64,000 nucleotides of DNA from Mobula hypostoma (Eukaryota): assembly GCF_963921235.1 (NCBI RefSeq), contig NC_086108.1, positions 66,776,001-66,840,000 of the forward strand, read 5' to 3'. The notes under the pieces were generated by a model that saw only the letters and a list, made by a program, of their open reading frames with translations, was not told where the DNA came from and did not search any database. The translations under genes were made by a program, and so were the position numbers. Shown here piece after piece: positions 27,800 to 40,561 of this stretch. Position 1 is the stretch's first letter. Each line of letters opens with the position of its first letter.

Positions 27800-28850
27800 T
27801 GATCCCTGTATTTAGAACATAAATTCAAGGGGAATAGAATATAAACGCTAGGAGATAATGCTGAGCCTTTATAAGACATTAGTCAGGCCACACTTAGAGT
27901 ATTGTCAACAGTTTTGGGTATATAGCTAGGAAGTAGGAACATGGAGAGGAGAAGATGGCGGTGTGACACAGCACGCGCAGCCACTGCGGTGATGAATATC
28001 TGTTATTTGTCAAGTAGGATGCTGTGCACAATTCTGATTTGATGGAGGCAGACGTGAGAGCACGGAGGAACATCTGGTGAAACTTCGGAAATGCCTGTTT
28101 CGCTGCCGCTGCTACTGTGTGATCCAAAATCTCCGGAGGGGAAGGCCCCAAATCCTTGGCTTTGCTTGTTGCTCGGCGGCCAGGCCAGGGTTGAAGTGCT
28201 CAGCAGAGATGGTGCTCAGTGCTCGGTGTTGGAGGGCTGGTCAGAGGCTCGACGTTTTCGGACGGACTCAGAGGTGGCTGTGGTCAGGTGCTTCCAGGGT
28301 GCTGTATCGGCAAGTTTGCGGTGCTGGAAGCTCATGGCAGGGAGAGTTTCTCCCTTCTACCGTCTGTGTGAGATATTGGGGCTATCGGGACTTGGAGACT
28401 TTTTTTTTTACCGTGCTCATGGTCTGCTCTTATCAAATTATGGTATTGCTTTGCACTGTTGTAAGTATATGTTATAATAATGTGTTTTTTGTCAGTTTTA
28501 GTCTTGGTCTGTCTTGTGTTTTTGTGATATCATATTGGAGGAACATTGTATCATTTTTTAATGCATGCATTTCTAAATGACAATAAACGAAGACTGAGTG
28601 TCCTCATAATCCAATCTAATCTAATATCTCAGAAAGGATGTGTTGTCATTGGAGAGAGTCCAGAGGAGGTTCATGAGGATGATTCCAGAAATCAAAGGGT
28701 TAACATATGGGGAGTGTTTGGCAGCTTTGGGCCTGTACTCACTGGAATTTGGAAGAATGTGAGGGGGAGGGGTGGATATCTCATTGAAATCTACCGAATG
28801 TTAAAAGTATTAGATACGGTAGATGTGGAAAGGGTGGTGGGGGCATCTTA
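27800..28850 (+). mobile_element. CR1 fragment split by a younger insertion
   Basis: LSLYKTLVRPHLEYCQQFW before 27922, resuming with YLRKD-like sequence after 28625. Confidence 0.75.
27925..28625 (+). mobile_element. Non-coding ~0.7-kb retroposon with (TCTAA)n tail
   Basis: GC/CpG-rich 5' end GGAGAAGATGGCG, AATAAA, tail ATCCAATCTAATCTAAT. Collinear with 60725-61370. Confidence 0.75.
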
Positions 28851-28859
28851 ATCTTCTGA

Positions 28860-29745
28860 ATAAGCCTCCCATTAGGGAGCTTGTCAGATGCCTTAGTAAA
28901 ATCCATGCAGACAGCATCCACAAGCTCTACCTTCCTCAATCATTCTTGCCACCACATCAAAAACCAAATCAAGTTAGTAAGATATGACTTGCCCTGTACA
29001 AAGCCATGCTGGAACTCCCTAATTAGGCCATGGTTTTCCAAATGTTCTTAAATCCTATCCTGAAGAATTCTCTCCAGTAACTTCCTTACCACTGGTGTGA
29101 GACTTATGTCTCTATCGTTTTCAGACCTATCCCAGGTTCCTTTCCGAATAGTGGAACACTAGCTATTCACCAGTCCTCCTGAACCTGGAGGCGACATGAA
29201 GATATTGGCCAGCAAACTCATCTCTTGCCTTTTTCATTAACCTAGGGTGTGGCATAGTGGCATCAGCGCTGGACTTCAGAGCGAGAGGTCCCGAGTTCGA
29301 ATCCAGCCGGCTCCCTTGCACACTCCCCATCCGTGCCTGGGTTGAGTGTCGAGCTAACAACTCAACCTCGTAAAAATAAACCTGGAGAGGGATGGGCTCC
29401 TCCAGGTTTCAGATGCCCAAGACACGACATACGATGAGCATACCAAAAAGCTTGTCATGACAAAGCCCCAACGACTCCACCAGGAGTTAAAGGCGCACAC
29501 ACATATATTCCATCAAGTCCTGGGGACTTATCCACCTTAATACTCTTCAAGAGACCCAACACTTCCTCCTGCTTTACCCCAAAATGTCTTATTTCAGCAC
29601 TATCCTCCACGCCCTTCTCCTTGGTAAATATTGATGTAAAATACTCATTTAGAACCTTACTCACATCCTCCACATCCAAGCAAACGTTCCCCCCTTTATC
29701 CTTGAACAGTGCTACCCTCTCCCTAGTTATCAAGTTTATACTGAG
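28860..29745 (-). mobile_element. CR1 ORF2 fragment with a nested SINE
   Basis: VLNEYFTSIFTKE and KVDKSPGLDGIY motifs. Confidence 0.8.
29245..29503 (+). mobile_element. tRNA-derived SINE
   Basis: A box TGGCATAGTGG, B box GAGTTCGAATCC, (CA)n tail. Confidence 0.8.
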
Positions 29746-30084
29746 ATACCATGACCAGCTTTGGTGTTCCTGGTCATGAAGGGGAGGGGAAAAGTCATTC
29801 ACATTCCTTTCTTTCAAAAAGAGCAAGCACGCATAATGTCAGTTAAAGACAGCACTCAGTTGACTTAGGATACCGTTTTGTGACCTGCTAGCTCTATTGC
29901 ATGAAAATTTGTAAGCATTTGTGGAATTGTATCTGAAAAAACTTGGAAAACATAGGAGGGGAGCTCTTCAGTGTTGGTAGAAACATTGAAATTCTCATCT
30001 GATGCTAGCAACATTTCCAAAACCTATTTAGATTTCCTTGGCATTTCAAGCCTTTCTAAAAATTCTTCTCTTTCTCATCATGAG

Positions 30085-31380
30085 ATTTTAGAAACATAGA
30101 AAACATGAACAGGAACAGGACAGTTTGCAGAATGTCTCTATCTTCACAAACCTCTGGGGCAGAGAGCTCCAAATAGAACAACATTCTGAGAGAAGAAATT
30201 CCTTACCATCAGTCTGAAAATGATCAATACCTCATTTTGAAGTTATGCCCCTGATTCTAGATCCCCTCATTCAAGTCCTTTTCATAAAATTAAAAGATAA
30301 TCAAACATGATTTTCTAAATGTCTTGCTAGTATCTTCTCAATAACAGACTCCAGAATAGATGCTAGGATAACTGTTTTACTTTTTCCTGTTTTCTGTCTC
30401 CTCCTTATCATGAATTGTGGTGATATGTTTACAGCTTCCAATCCTCTGGGAGTTACTCAGAATTCAACAAAATTTAGTACATTACAACCAATGCATCCAC
30501 CTTCTGTGCAGTCACTTTCTATAAAGCCTTTGGATACATAATATCAAGCCAAGGGATCTGTCCTTCTGCCCTGCCCCATTAATTTATTTAGTACTATTTT
30601 TCTAATGACAGGGATTTTTTAGGTTTTTCATTCCTTTTCAGCCTGTGAAGATCTATTATTATTTGGATATATTTAGTATCCTCTACTGTGAAAAATGTTC
30701 TAAACTAAATATATAGAGTATCATCTCATGTTCTAAGGGACCAATGTTTACTTTATCTACTCTCTTTCTTCTCATTTAGCTATAGAAGTTCTTAGCATCT
30801 GTTTTATATTTTTGGTTGTTTACTCTCAAACTCTGTCTTCTCTTTCTTAGTAATTCTATCAGACATCCTTTGCTAGTTTCCAGAAGTCTTCCAATCCTAC
30901 CCCTGATCTTTACCTTCAAATTAATACAATTAATCTTCTCCTTCAAATTAATACAATTCTAAGATGTTTAATTAATCATGTATCCTTCTTGTATGCACCC
31001 TCTATTCTCACTAGAACATATCTTGGCCAAGATTTATGAAATACTTCTTTAATTATCTGCCAATGCTGATTTATTGACTGTTAACTTATTTGTCCACTCA
31101 CGTTTAGCAACTTGTCTTCATACTATTACCACTGGCTTTATTTAGGTTTAGGACACTAATTTCATTCCAACATTTCACACACCCTCAAATTCTGTTTGAA
31201 CATCTGCCACACCATGATCATTTTTGCTAGGGGATCCTTCACTGTGCAATCATTAATTAATCCTGACACATACTTGTCTAAAATAGCCTGTTTGCTGGTT
31301 GGTTCTTCAATATACAAACAATGTAGTACTTTAGGGAGCCATCACAAACAAGCTCTGTGAAGTCATTTATGGGCTATCCT
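30085..31380 (-). mobile_element. Highly decayed CR1 LINE
   Basis: AGAAACATAGAAAACAT tail and residual similarity to the CR1 at 10895-13085. Confidence 0.55.
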
Positions 31381-34300
31381 CGTTGTTTTAATTAAATTCA
31401 TCTAAAGAATAATTAAATTAAATTAACATCATTTGTGCTTATTGCCATGCCTTTCTCTTAACCCCCATTATCTTTTGTACCAGTTGTGCATACACATCAG
31501 GAAACAGAAGCATTTCCACTGTCAGCTCATAATATTAAACGTGATGCTTTCTCGTCTGCATTTTGCTGCCAGATTGCTGCTGCTCCTTTTAGTGGAGCCA
31601 TTAGCTCATTCGTTACAAATTCCTGATGAACGCCAAAGATGATCTCTCATGGCAGATTGACAACTGAGAACCAATTTTGTGGTGGGAAGCCAAAGAGACA
31701 TAAGGGCTGTATAGGAGTGACTTTGAAATGGCGCCAAACAGATCAGAAATCTTACTGAAAAGACATCTATAAAAGCACTTTATTTTGGGCCCCATAGTAT
31801 TGCTGATGCTGAATGTCTGAGGAAGTTTCGCATGAAAACCACTACTGTCTATCTAGCATAGACAAGTTTCACATCATTCAATTTGTCAATGCTCAGTCCA
31901 AATAAAAGATCTCATCAAATGACAAACGATGCGCTACAAAATTGAGATGTTCTTTTAGCTGACAAGTTCAATATTGAAGATGGACACAGACAAATCTTCC
32001 CAGTACTCCTTAAGAGTATCTACAGATTTCTTGTTGTTGCAGCAAGCACACCTTGTGATACAAACAAGTTTAAAAGTTACTTTTTCACAAATACAAACCA
32101 CATTTCTTTACTAATCAGTGCCTTCTCTGTTCCCTTCTATTTTACTTCCCTTTGGTCTCCCTGATCACATATTTCCTCAACTTTATGCAGTATGCTGTCA
32201 CAAACTCCTAGAGCTAAAATGTCCAACTGCATACCCTGAAACATTAATGCTTAGAAGAGGGGCTGGGAACTGATCCTTGCTTTCAGATTTGAAACTTCAT
32301 TAAACATTTTTAAATCACAAGACATGTGGACAATGTATCAATTATTAAAAAAACAGATTTTTAGTTTGTGGCTTACATTTTGTAAAAATTATGAGACAAA
32401 CCACAAAACCGAGAACATTCCATTCAAATTCAGTTTGTAACTCTAGTTGAAACTGTCCAAATTATGACACTTAAAATGTTTCTTCTACTAGCATCCTATC
32501 GTTTATGTTGCAATTTAATTCTTGCTGTCGAGTTGAAGGCACAGTTCACCATTTACCTACGATTGTCAGTAACATCCTGATTCACTGATACTGATTTTGC
32601 ATACTAGGAAGAGCAAAATAGTTTTATACCTCACTACTATCCTTCAGTATCACCATTAAGTAGTATGTTTCCCATTTTCTCCAGTATGGTGCACTCCAAA
32701 TAGAAAGAACCAGGTGTCTCACACAAATGTCTCCAATCTTCTAGAATTACGACCTTTAAAAAAATGTGCACTAAACTTGCCTTTTCAAAAAGATATTTGA
32801 GATCTGAGGGAATGTCAAATGAACTTTCAACACCATCATAAAATTCCCTGTCCCTCTTAAATCTCTGCAACTACAATTCAAAGCCTCTCTTTTTATTAAG
32901 TAACACGTGCCTTTTAGGTATTAATCTTCTCCATCTCTTTCAATGTTATCATTTATCAAACCCCTACTGCGAGCTGGCACTAAGCCGCAATGAAATAGTA
33001 ATTGATGTGTTTACAGGAGTCAACACATTTAGTTTAATATATCCTTTTGAGTTAAGTTAGAGTATCAAAGTCCGTCTCTATTTCTCAGAAGCATAATGTT
33101 GGGAAACATACGTTCTCTGTTACAGGACTGCATGAAAATATAATTCAAATATTTATTTGAAAAGATGTCTAATGGTCATAATTTCCTGGCTGCTCGTAGT
33201 TTGTGATATTAAAAAAAATGAAAATGCTAACATTGGCCCCAGTGCTAGTCAGTAAAATTTGAAAGCCCTGAAAATCCCTAATAAATATTTGTGTTTGTGC
33301 ACATCCAGAGTCCCTCAGCCATAATTGTTTTTTTGGCACTATTTTTAACTTATGGATTGTTGATTGTGATGCAGCATTTCAATGAAACATGGATAAACAT
33401 ATTTATCATTCAGGTTTAATATCAGTGTGGTGCCAGCAAATGGATTAGAATATATGCAAGTCAATGTCAGTACTATAAAATTACAACACCACATGTTCAA
33501 GTCTGATGCAGGCACTTTTGCCCATTACATCAAGGAGTGTTGGGGCATGTTTTTTCAACCATACCTGCGCAGTGGGAAGTTAAATGTCCACCTTCAGAGG
33601 TATCAGTTACTATTGTCCTATCGATAGCTGAGCATTCAAAACTTGCTCTGCATCAGTCCCATTAACTTTACATCATGGGCTTTACACCAGCCAGAGTGTG
33701 AACATGCAATAGTTAAAGCACCTATTCACAATTTGCTTCAATTCATCTCCTGCTATTGGCACAAAGGAGTTCCTTCAATAACTTCATCCAGATATTATTG
33801 TGGAACTTAAAGCAGAAGCAGAGCTCCCATAGCATAATTATTATTTGTTAGGATATAGGGAATGCTTTATTTTGCTTTTTGTCCCCGCTTAGGATTTTAA
33901 ATTAACTAAAAACTGTTATGCTGAGATATGTGCATACCACGCTTACAAATATCTACCAGATTAATTTAATGTGTTGCCAGAAATTACTTTTTCCAATCTA
34001 CCTCAAGCTTTCCTTTGAAAGCCACTGAATTAATATTAATGAGAAGACAAGTTTCTTTTCCTTTCAATGCTGCCTGACAGGAAATTCCCTGTGTGATTTG
34101 CAAAGGCGGAACATTTCATCACATATATGCGTTTGCTTTTTGAAATTAGCAGCCAACTTTTCCACTAGAAAAAATACCGCAAAATGTAGAAAGAATTCAC
34201 AGGACGACTGGGAAGATAAAATTTTGCAGTTTATTTTGAGGTCTTTTGAAAAACTGTTTCTTTCCTCTTAGTATCTCAGTATTGCATAAAAGTTCCCTAG

Positions 34301-34987
34301 ATAATGCACATTGTTTAGGGGAAGACATAAAGCACAATAAAGCAGTCAACCTAGGTAGTAGCAGGTCCAGCAAATATTGGCTCCTGATGTGAATGTGAAT
34401 ATCCTTGTAGTTTCTCTCTCAAAAACACCTATTCTTGGGCGTTTCTGTGAGGATTGCTGTTTCTCTGATGAAACAGAGCGCTAGCAATGACAAAATTGTG
34501 TTCCAACACTTTGTTAGGATGAATATACTGTGGTTGCTTGGTTTCCCCATTCCCTTCTTCAAAATTGCACCTTTCCAAAGATTTCTCTTCCTACTGACTT
34601 TTGGTACTCTGGGGAGGATGAATGACTTGCTGTTGGAGAGGTGTTCATATTGTTCAGAGAAAGCCAACAGACTGAGATCACTGAGAAAAATGGTGAAGAG
34701 TGGTGTCAGAATAGCAGCTTGGAATATCATCAGCTGTTACCAATAGCAACAATGGTGTTCAATACAGCAGCGAACTTTAAATCATCATTGCTGCTCAGGG
34801 AATTAATGATTACACCATTCACAAAATAGTAAGTCTGCCAAGTGCAGATCCTCCAAGGAAAGATGCATGGCAAATATACTGAGTAAATTGTGCTGAGGTA
34901 GAGAGGTATTGTTTCACTGCAAACACAATAATAACATTGAGCATGTTCTGGGACTCACCCTGACGAAAACCAACATGTTTTCATGAA

Positions 34988-35086
34988 ACAACATACATCA
35001 AAGTTGCTGGTGAACGCAGCAGGCCAGGCAGCATCTATAGGAAGAGGCGCAGTCGACGTTTCAGGCCGAGACCCTTCGTCAGGAGG
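34988..35086 (-). mobile_element. 99-bp Penelope-derived insertion carrying a hammerhead core
   Basis: 11-bp TSD GTTTTCATGAA (34977-34987 and 35087-35097). Nearly identical to 40562-40661. Confidence 0.88.
35051..35084 (-). ncRNA. Minimal type I hammerhead ribozyme motif
   Basis: TC-CTGACGA-AGGGTCTCGGCCT-GAAAC-GTC^GACT: intact core, short stem II, palindromic ACGU helix III. Predicted cut between 35055 and 35054. Helix I is only 2 bp. Confidence 0.75.
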
Positions 35087-35697
35087 GTTTTCATGAATAT
35101 GTTACACTTCAAACAGACAATCTACTTGCTAGTGAGTGGGAGTAGCCCATTTGATCAAAATCAAATATTAAATAATTGCAATTTCATTTCACCTCTTTCC
35201 CTACGTTTTCATTTCATTTTATTTCAATAGATTGACTTCAAGAAGTAATTCAATTTGGTTGACATTAGAAATAACAGAGTAATATCTTTTTTAGAGAAGT
35301 TTTTTGTATGAGTTCTTCAACTGAAAAACTTCTCTTTATTGATTAAATAATCAATACCTATCAGAAGAATTATATTATAATAATGCCTAATAATAATACC
35401 TGAAAGTAGTTGATTTGAAAACCTTTTCTCAAATTAAACTCTTGGAGACAAGGATTATGGATTCATTAAAATGGATCTGATTGAAAGGGTGACCATCAAC
35501 CGCTGTTTACTCACCTGTAGAACACAGCCATATGGGAGGGCTTGTTTAAAGAATAGAGCATTGGACATCAACATCACCAATACATGACCCTATGACTGCA
35601 CATCTTTAAGAACTGGGAATGGACAGAATGACAAAGTGTTTTCAACTATTTGCTGAGTGAGTCAAGACCCCTGAGGGATAGGGATCATTCTACATAC

Positions 35698-35872
35698 CTG
35701 CTCCAAATGCAAAGAAAAAACTTTTATCTGGGTTTGCCTCCAGAAGCTCTGTCACCCTCTTGCCCATTCTTTCATTTCTTTTGTAGATTAACTCTTGGCG
35801 AAAATAGTTGTCTATCTCCTGAGCTGTCACCTGCTCGTGCGGCGGAAGGGTGGTGTTGATAAAGTTAGGCAG
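35698..35872 (-). CDS. TRABD2B: Internal coding exon (175 bp, phase 0 to phase 1) of a Tiki-family TraB-domain metalloprotease, TIKI2-like
   Basis: Translates to [58 protein letters not shown](G). This matches the recalled TraB/Tiki motifs (RNERM, FFAFGAGH), and the N-terminal part is closer to TRABD2B than TRABD2A. Canonical acceptor (ttctattcacag|CTG) and donor (GCAG|gtatgt). Confidence 0.92.
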
Positions 35873-36616
35873 CTGTGAATAGAACAAGCCAAGTGATTAT
35901 TATTGTGAGAATGGCTGCTAGATACATATGACAGAAAATACAGAATCAAATGCTTTACTGATGAGATAAGATGGATTTGCTTAAATTGAGTTGAGGTGAA
36001 AGAATCTTTTAGCTGCTAAACCATTCTGGTAATTTTGACTTGTTTACTTTAAAGTGCTGTTGGAGTTAAAAAAAAATCTGATTTTCTATAAAATTATTTG
36101 GAGCTCCCCAGTCCCTATATACTTATAAAGCAAGAAGACATCTTGCTTATGCAAAGTTGGAGGATCTCAGCTGAATAATCATTAGTGACATTATATTTGG
36201 GGGTGTGCATCAGAGAAGGTTGGGATGGCCCTTGGTGGTGATGTACCTGTAACCCACAAGACTCTTGGCCTAGATTAATCCACCATTTAGGCAAAATATC
36301 AGGCTGGATTAGCATTTAGCTGGATAGACTGCTAAAATGCTCAGGAATGGAAAGAACAAAGAGGAAGTTGAATAATATGGTGCATGTGGTACAGTAGTAG
36401 AAGGAAGTGAATGTGTCGCAACCCTCGAGCAATTCTCATTGTGGTGGTCTCTGACACAGGTAAGTTTAAAGTAGGCCCAAATGATCTGGGATAGTCATTG
36501 GTGAGGATTCACTGCCAGGAAATTGTCTTATGGCATTTTTATTATGGTTTTGCCCTTTGAAGAGACACTAAACCCCGATCTACGCATCTATTATGGACTG
36601 CTGTCTGCTATACTCA

Positions 36617-37178
36617 CAGACATCCCACCCTGCAAAAGCTCATTTCATGGAGGTAGAACCACCAATTGGCGGCAGACTTCCGGATTTTCCGGGAGAGGTG
36701 GGATGTCTGCAATAGAGTAGCTCCTTAGCAGCTAGCCAGCTAGTTTAAATAACGTTAGCTATGCTAATGAACGAATGACACCTGTTAAACTCACCTCAAC
36801 ATGTCTTTTACAGTCTTAACCCACCATAGGCAATAGAAAAGTCACTGTTGCAAACAGTGCAGCGAGCAACACTGTCATTATTTCTGATCCCTATTAGGCA
36901 GGGGTACATTTTAGTGTAGTCTGGGATGACGTACATTTTATATTTCCTTTTTTTGGAACACTCTGCCATGTTGCACGTTCTCTCTCTCTTGTGGCCACTC
37001 TCGCTCTCGTGGTCTCTCTCGCGCTCGCTCTCTCTCACGCTCTCTCTTTCTCTCTCTCCCTCTCTCTTGCTCTCAAAAAAATTGATTTCCAGGACATTGT
37101 ATATAATTTGCGGGCATCAAAGAGCCACTATTAATATGCGGGAGACTCCTGGAACTTCCGGGAGAGGTGGGATGTCTG
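36617..37178 (-). mobile_element. hAT-like non-autonomous transposon with 6-bp TSD
   Basis: 13-bp TIRs CAGACATCCCACC / GGTGGGATGTCTG, with TSD TACTCA on both sides. Zinc-finger-like transposase N-terminus ARCTVCNSDFSIAYGG on the minus strand; internal (CT)n. Confidence 0.85.
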
Positions 37179-37460
37179 TACTCAGGTTGGCAGTGGCGGT
37201 CACAGCAGAGCCAGGAGAAAAGTGTCAGCACTGTCAGAGGGATCTCTTCAGGTTGCATTGAAGAGAAAGTGTGGGGACTATGTGGGAGAAGTGACTTAGA
37301 AGGTAGGAAATATAGAGAAGGTGGAGTCATGGGAGGAGGATCGAAGGATTTTAGTGGCATATGAACGAACCCACTAGACTGTGGTGCAGCATGTTTAGGC
37401 AGGTGGGGTGGGATCCATTCAGGCTGGAGCTGAGCCAGGGGTTGTGATCAATGGACAGAT

Positions 37461-37614
37461 GCTGCATGTTATGAATAAGCGGCAAGCACCAATCGGTTCA
37501 GTTTCTTGCCATTTTTCTGCTGAATGGCTTTAGCAATTCAATCCATTCATTAATCTTGTTCAGGTCTCACTGATGTGTCTGGTTTTAACTTCATGGGCCA
37601 GGAATTTTGAAACC
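37461..37614 (+). repeat. 154-bp direct repeat, copy 1
   Basis: Matches 38533-38686 with a single mismatch by eye. Confidence 0.9.
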
Positions 37615-37704
37615 TGTACATTTGCTTTTCTCAGAAAAATAGCGATACAGGACAGTAGCAGGAGGAGTAGGCCTGCACCATTACCTTTACTGCCCTTTGT
37701 ATCT

Positions 37705-38335
37705 AGAAATAGAACATAGAAATCTGCATCGCATTACAGGCTTTTTGGCCCACAATGTTGTGCCGACCATGTAACCTACTCTAGAAACTGCCTAGAATTA
37801 CTTCACTGCATAGCCCTCTATTTTCCTAAGCTCCATGTACCCTATTAGAAACATAGAAAACCTACAGCACAATACAGGCCCTTTGGCCCACAAAGCAGTG
37901 CCAAACATGTCCCTATCTTAGAATTTATCTAGGGTTATCCATTGCTCTCTATTTTTCGAAGCTCCATGTACCAATCCAGTCTCTTAAAAGACGTTATTGT
38001 ATCCGCCTCCACCACCATTGCCGGCAGCCCATTCCACACACTCACCACTCTCTGCATGAAAAACTTACCCCTGACATCTTCTCTGTACCTACTTCCAAGC
38101 ACCTTAAAACCGTGCCCTCTCGTGTTAGCCAATTCAGCCCTGGGAAAAAGCCTCTGACTATCCACACAATCAGTACCTCTCATTATCTTGTACACCTCTA
38201 CCAGGTCACCTCTCATCCTCTGTTGCTCCAAGGAGAAAAGGCTGAGTTTACTCAACCTATTCTCATAAGGAATGCTCTCCAATCCAGGCAACATCCTTAT
38301 AAATCTCCTCTGCACCCTTCTATGGTGTCCACATC
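37705..38335 (-). mobile_element. Two adjacent CR1 3' ends
   Basis: A 126-aa ORF2 C-terminus (QRRFIRMLPGLES...TRGHGFKV) plus two AGAAACATAGAA-type tails at about 37705 and 37847. Confidence 0.9.
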
Positions 38336-38532
38336 CATTTACTATTTACCGTATTTACTTCTTACTCCTTCAATTACTTGGCCTCCAAAGTCTTCTGTGG
38401 TAGATTTCTACAGGTTCATGATACTGGGTGAATAAACATTCCTAAACATCTTATACTATTTGCTAAAATTATTTCCTTTGGTTTTAAACATTGAAGCCAG
38501 GGGCATGACCACTCTGCATCCAGCCTCCAGAA

Positions 38533-38686
38533 GCTGCATGTTATGAATAAGTGGCAAGCACCAATCGGTTCAGTTTCTTGCCATTTTTCTGCTGAATGGC
38601 TTTAGCAATTCAATCCATTCATTAATCTTGTTCAGGTCTCACTGATGTGTCTGGTTTTAACTTCATGGGCCAGGAATTTTGAAACC
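38533..38686 (+). repeat. 154-bp direct repeat, copy 2
   Basis: Matches 37461-37614. Confidence 0.9.
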
Positions 38687-38759
38687 AGTACTTTTAATTG
38701 TGCCATTTGGGACAAAAGTTTTTGACTCCTTCGTTTGTGACATCGTCCCTATCAATATA

Positions 38760-39274
38760 CACTCAGTGTCCACTTTATTAGGTATAGAAGGTACATGGTC
38801 TTGATCTTGTTCATGGTCTCCTTCTGCTGTAGCCCATTCACTTCAAAATTTGACATTCAAAGATGCTCTTCTGCATACAACTGTTGTAACACATGGTTAT
38901 TTGAGTTACTTGTCAGCTTGGACTAGTCTGGCCATTCTCCTATGTCCTCTCTCATTAACAAGGCCTTTTTGCTCACAAACTGCTGCTCACTGGATATTTT
39001 GATGCTTTTTTGTACTATTCTCTGTAAACACCAGGAGATCTTCAGTTTCTATGACACTCATACTACCCCACCTGGCACCAACAATCATTCCAATGGTTAA
39101 AGTCATTTAGATCAGATTTCTTCCTCATTCTGATGTTTGGTCTGATCAATAACTGAATCTCTTGACCATATCTGCATGCTTTTATACATTGAATTGCTGT
39201 CACATGATTGACTAATTAGATATCTGTATTAACATACAGGTGTACAGGTGTACCTACTATAGGGCCACCAAGTG
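38760..39274. mobile_element. Tc1/mariner-like MITE
   Basis: Imperfect TIRs CACTCAGTGTCCACTTTATTAGGTA / TACCTACTATAGGGCCACCAAGTG, flanked by TA. Confidence 0.75.
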
Positions 39275-39899
39275 TATTCTTCTATTTTTTTCTACCTTAC
39301 GTGTTGTCAAATCATTTGTTAAATTGACTAGTGTTCAAATGACCACATTCCATCTACTGTTTGGGTAAAGAAGTTCCTACTGAAGCAAACTTATTGATAA
39401 ATCATCCTATCTTTGTGCCTGTTAGACCTTGTGTCCTTTGCTAGTGGTAATAGTTTCTTCATCATTACTCTAACAAGACCTTCCATCATCCTAACATTTT
39501 CTCTTTTTGAGAAAACACATCCCATCTGTTAAGTGCTTTATGGATAGGCAGCTAACCCTGAAACACTCAGGAAATGAGATTCTGGTCAATTTCTTGTTAG
39601 GAGCAGCCAAGCAGTCTGAATGAATATATACGTGTATATTAAAATTTTTAGTAATTTCTCATTCGGTTATTCTTGGTTTGAAGTACTTCAGTTCTGTCAA
39701 ATGGTCCTTTAAAACATAACACTGATACTTAGTGATACACTTGGATGCATTCATCCAATCTTGCTACAAGTGCAGCGACACTGTATGGTTGAAAGTCACC
39801 AAGTAAGCAACACCAAAATCTGGTGGAAATTTGGAAATTTTATCATAAGGCCATAGTGCCCTGAACATTGTGACCCTGAGCTCTTACCTTCCTAAACAC

Positions 39900-40540
39900 C
39901 AAAACTGTTTACAAGAAGGGGATGAGCAGACTCTATTTTCTAAGGAAGCTGAGATCCTTCAGTGTGTGCAACAGGATGTTGGAGATCTTTAACCAGTCTG
40001 TTGTAACGAGTCCAGGCTTCTTTGCGGCTTTATGTTGGGGGAGCAGCATCAGTACTGGTGATGCATAAAGACTAAATAAACTCATCAAAAAGGCTGGATC
40101 TGTCCTTGGCTACAACATGGACGACTCTTTTGAATTAGTGGTGGACAGGAGGTCACTAAGCAAACTGTTATCCATTATGGGCAATCTGGAACATCCTCTC
40201 AATGACCTACTGAATAAGCAGAGAAGTACCTTTTCAAACAGACTCATTCAGCTCTGCTGTCACAAGGATCATTACAGAAAATCTATCCTACCAAATGCAA
40301 TAAGTATATACAACAGTTCATCTCTGTGCGACAGGTGAAAACATATCATAGTACAATAGTCTCTGCTGTATTATTTAGTACATTATTATTGCACATTGGT
40401 ACACTATTGTAATATTATTACTATTTTAGACTCTTATCATTTTGTATTTATTATTAGTTAGCACACTGCTAGATGTGTTTTTAAATGTTGCTGCTGTAAC
40501 GAAAGAATTTCTCACTTGGGATCAATAGTATTATCATTAT
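39900..40540 (+). mobile_element. Rex1/L2-like LINE 3' end
   Basis: KKGMSRLYFLRKLRSF and LLSIMGNLEHPL motifs; 3' end GGGATCAATAGTATTATCATTATT. Confidence 0.8.
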
Positions 40541-40561
40541 TAAACAAATATAGTATACATT

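Noticed and set aside
28077..28580. 167-aa ORF
   Set aside because: It lies within a GC-rich repeat whose second copy (60725-61370) does not preserve it.
31621..31645. CTGATGA motif as another hammerhead
   Set aside because: No downstream stem II, GAAA or helix I.
32630..32870. Possible L1/Tx1 remnants here and at 21300-21540
   Set aside because: Too degenerate to assign by eye.
34419..34746. Overlapping 103-aa ORFs on both strands near the exon
   Set aside because: No recognisable motif, no similarity to the expected Tiki continuation, and both begin at non-ATG codons; consistent with chance.
35509..35600. Strong minus-strand donor (CAG|GTGAGT) as a possible next TRABD2B exon
   Set aside because: Splicing to the nearest acceptor gives an in-frame stop and no HFLGNNTV-like sequence.
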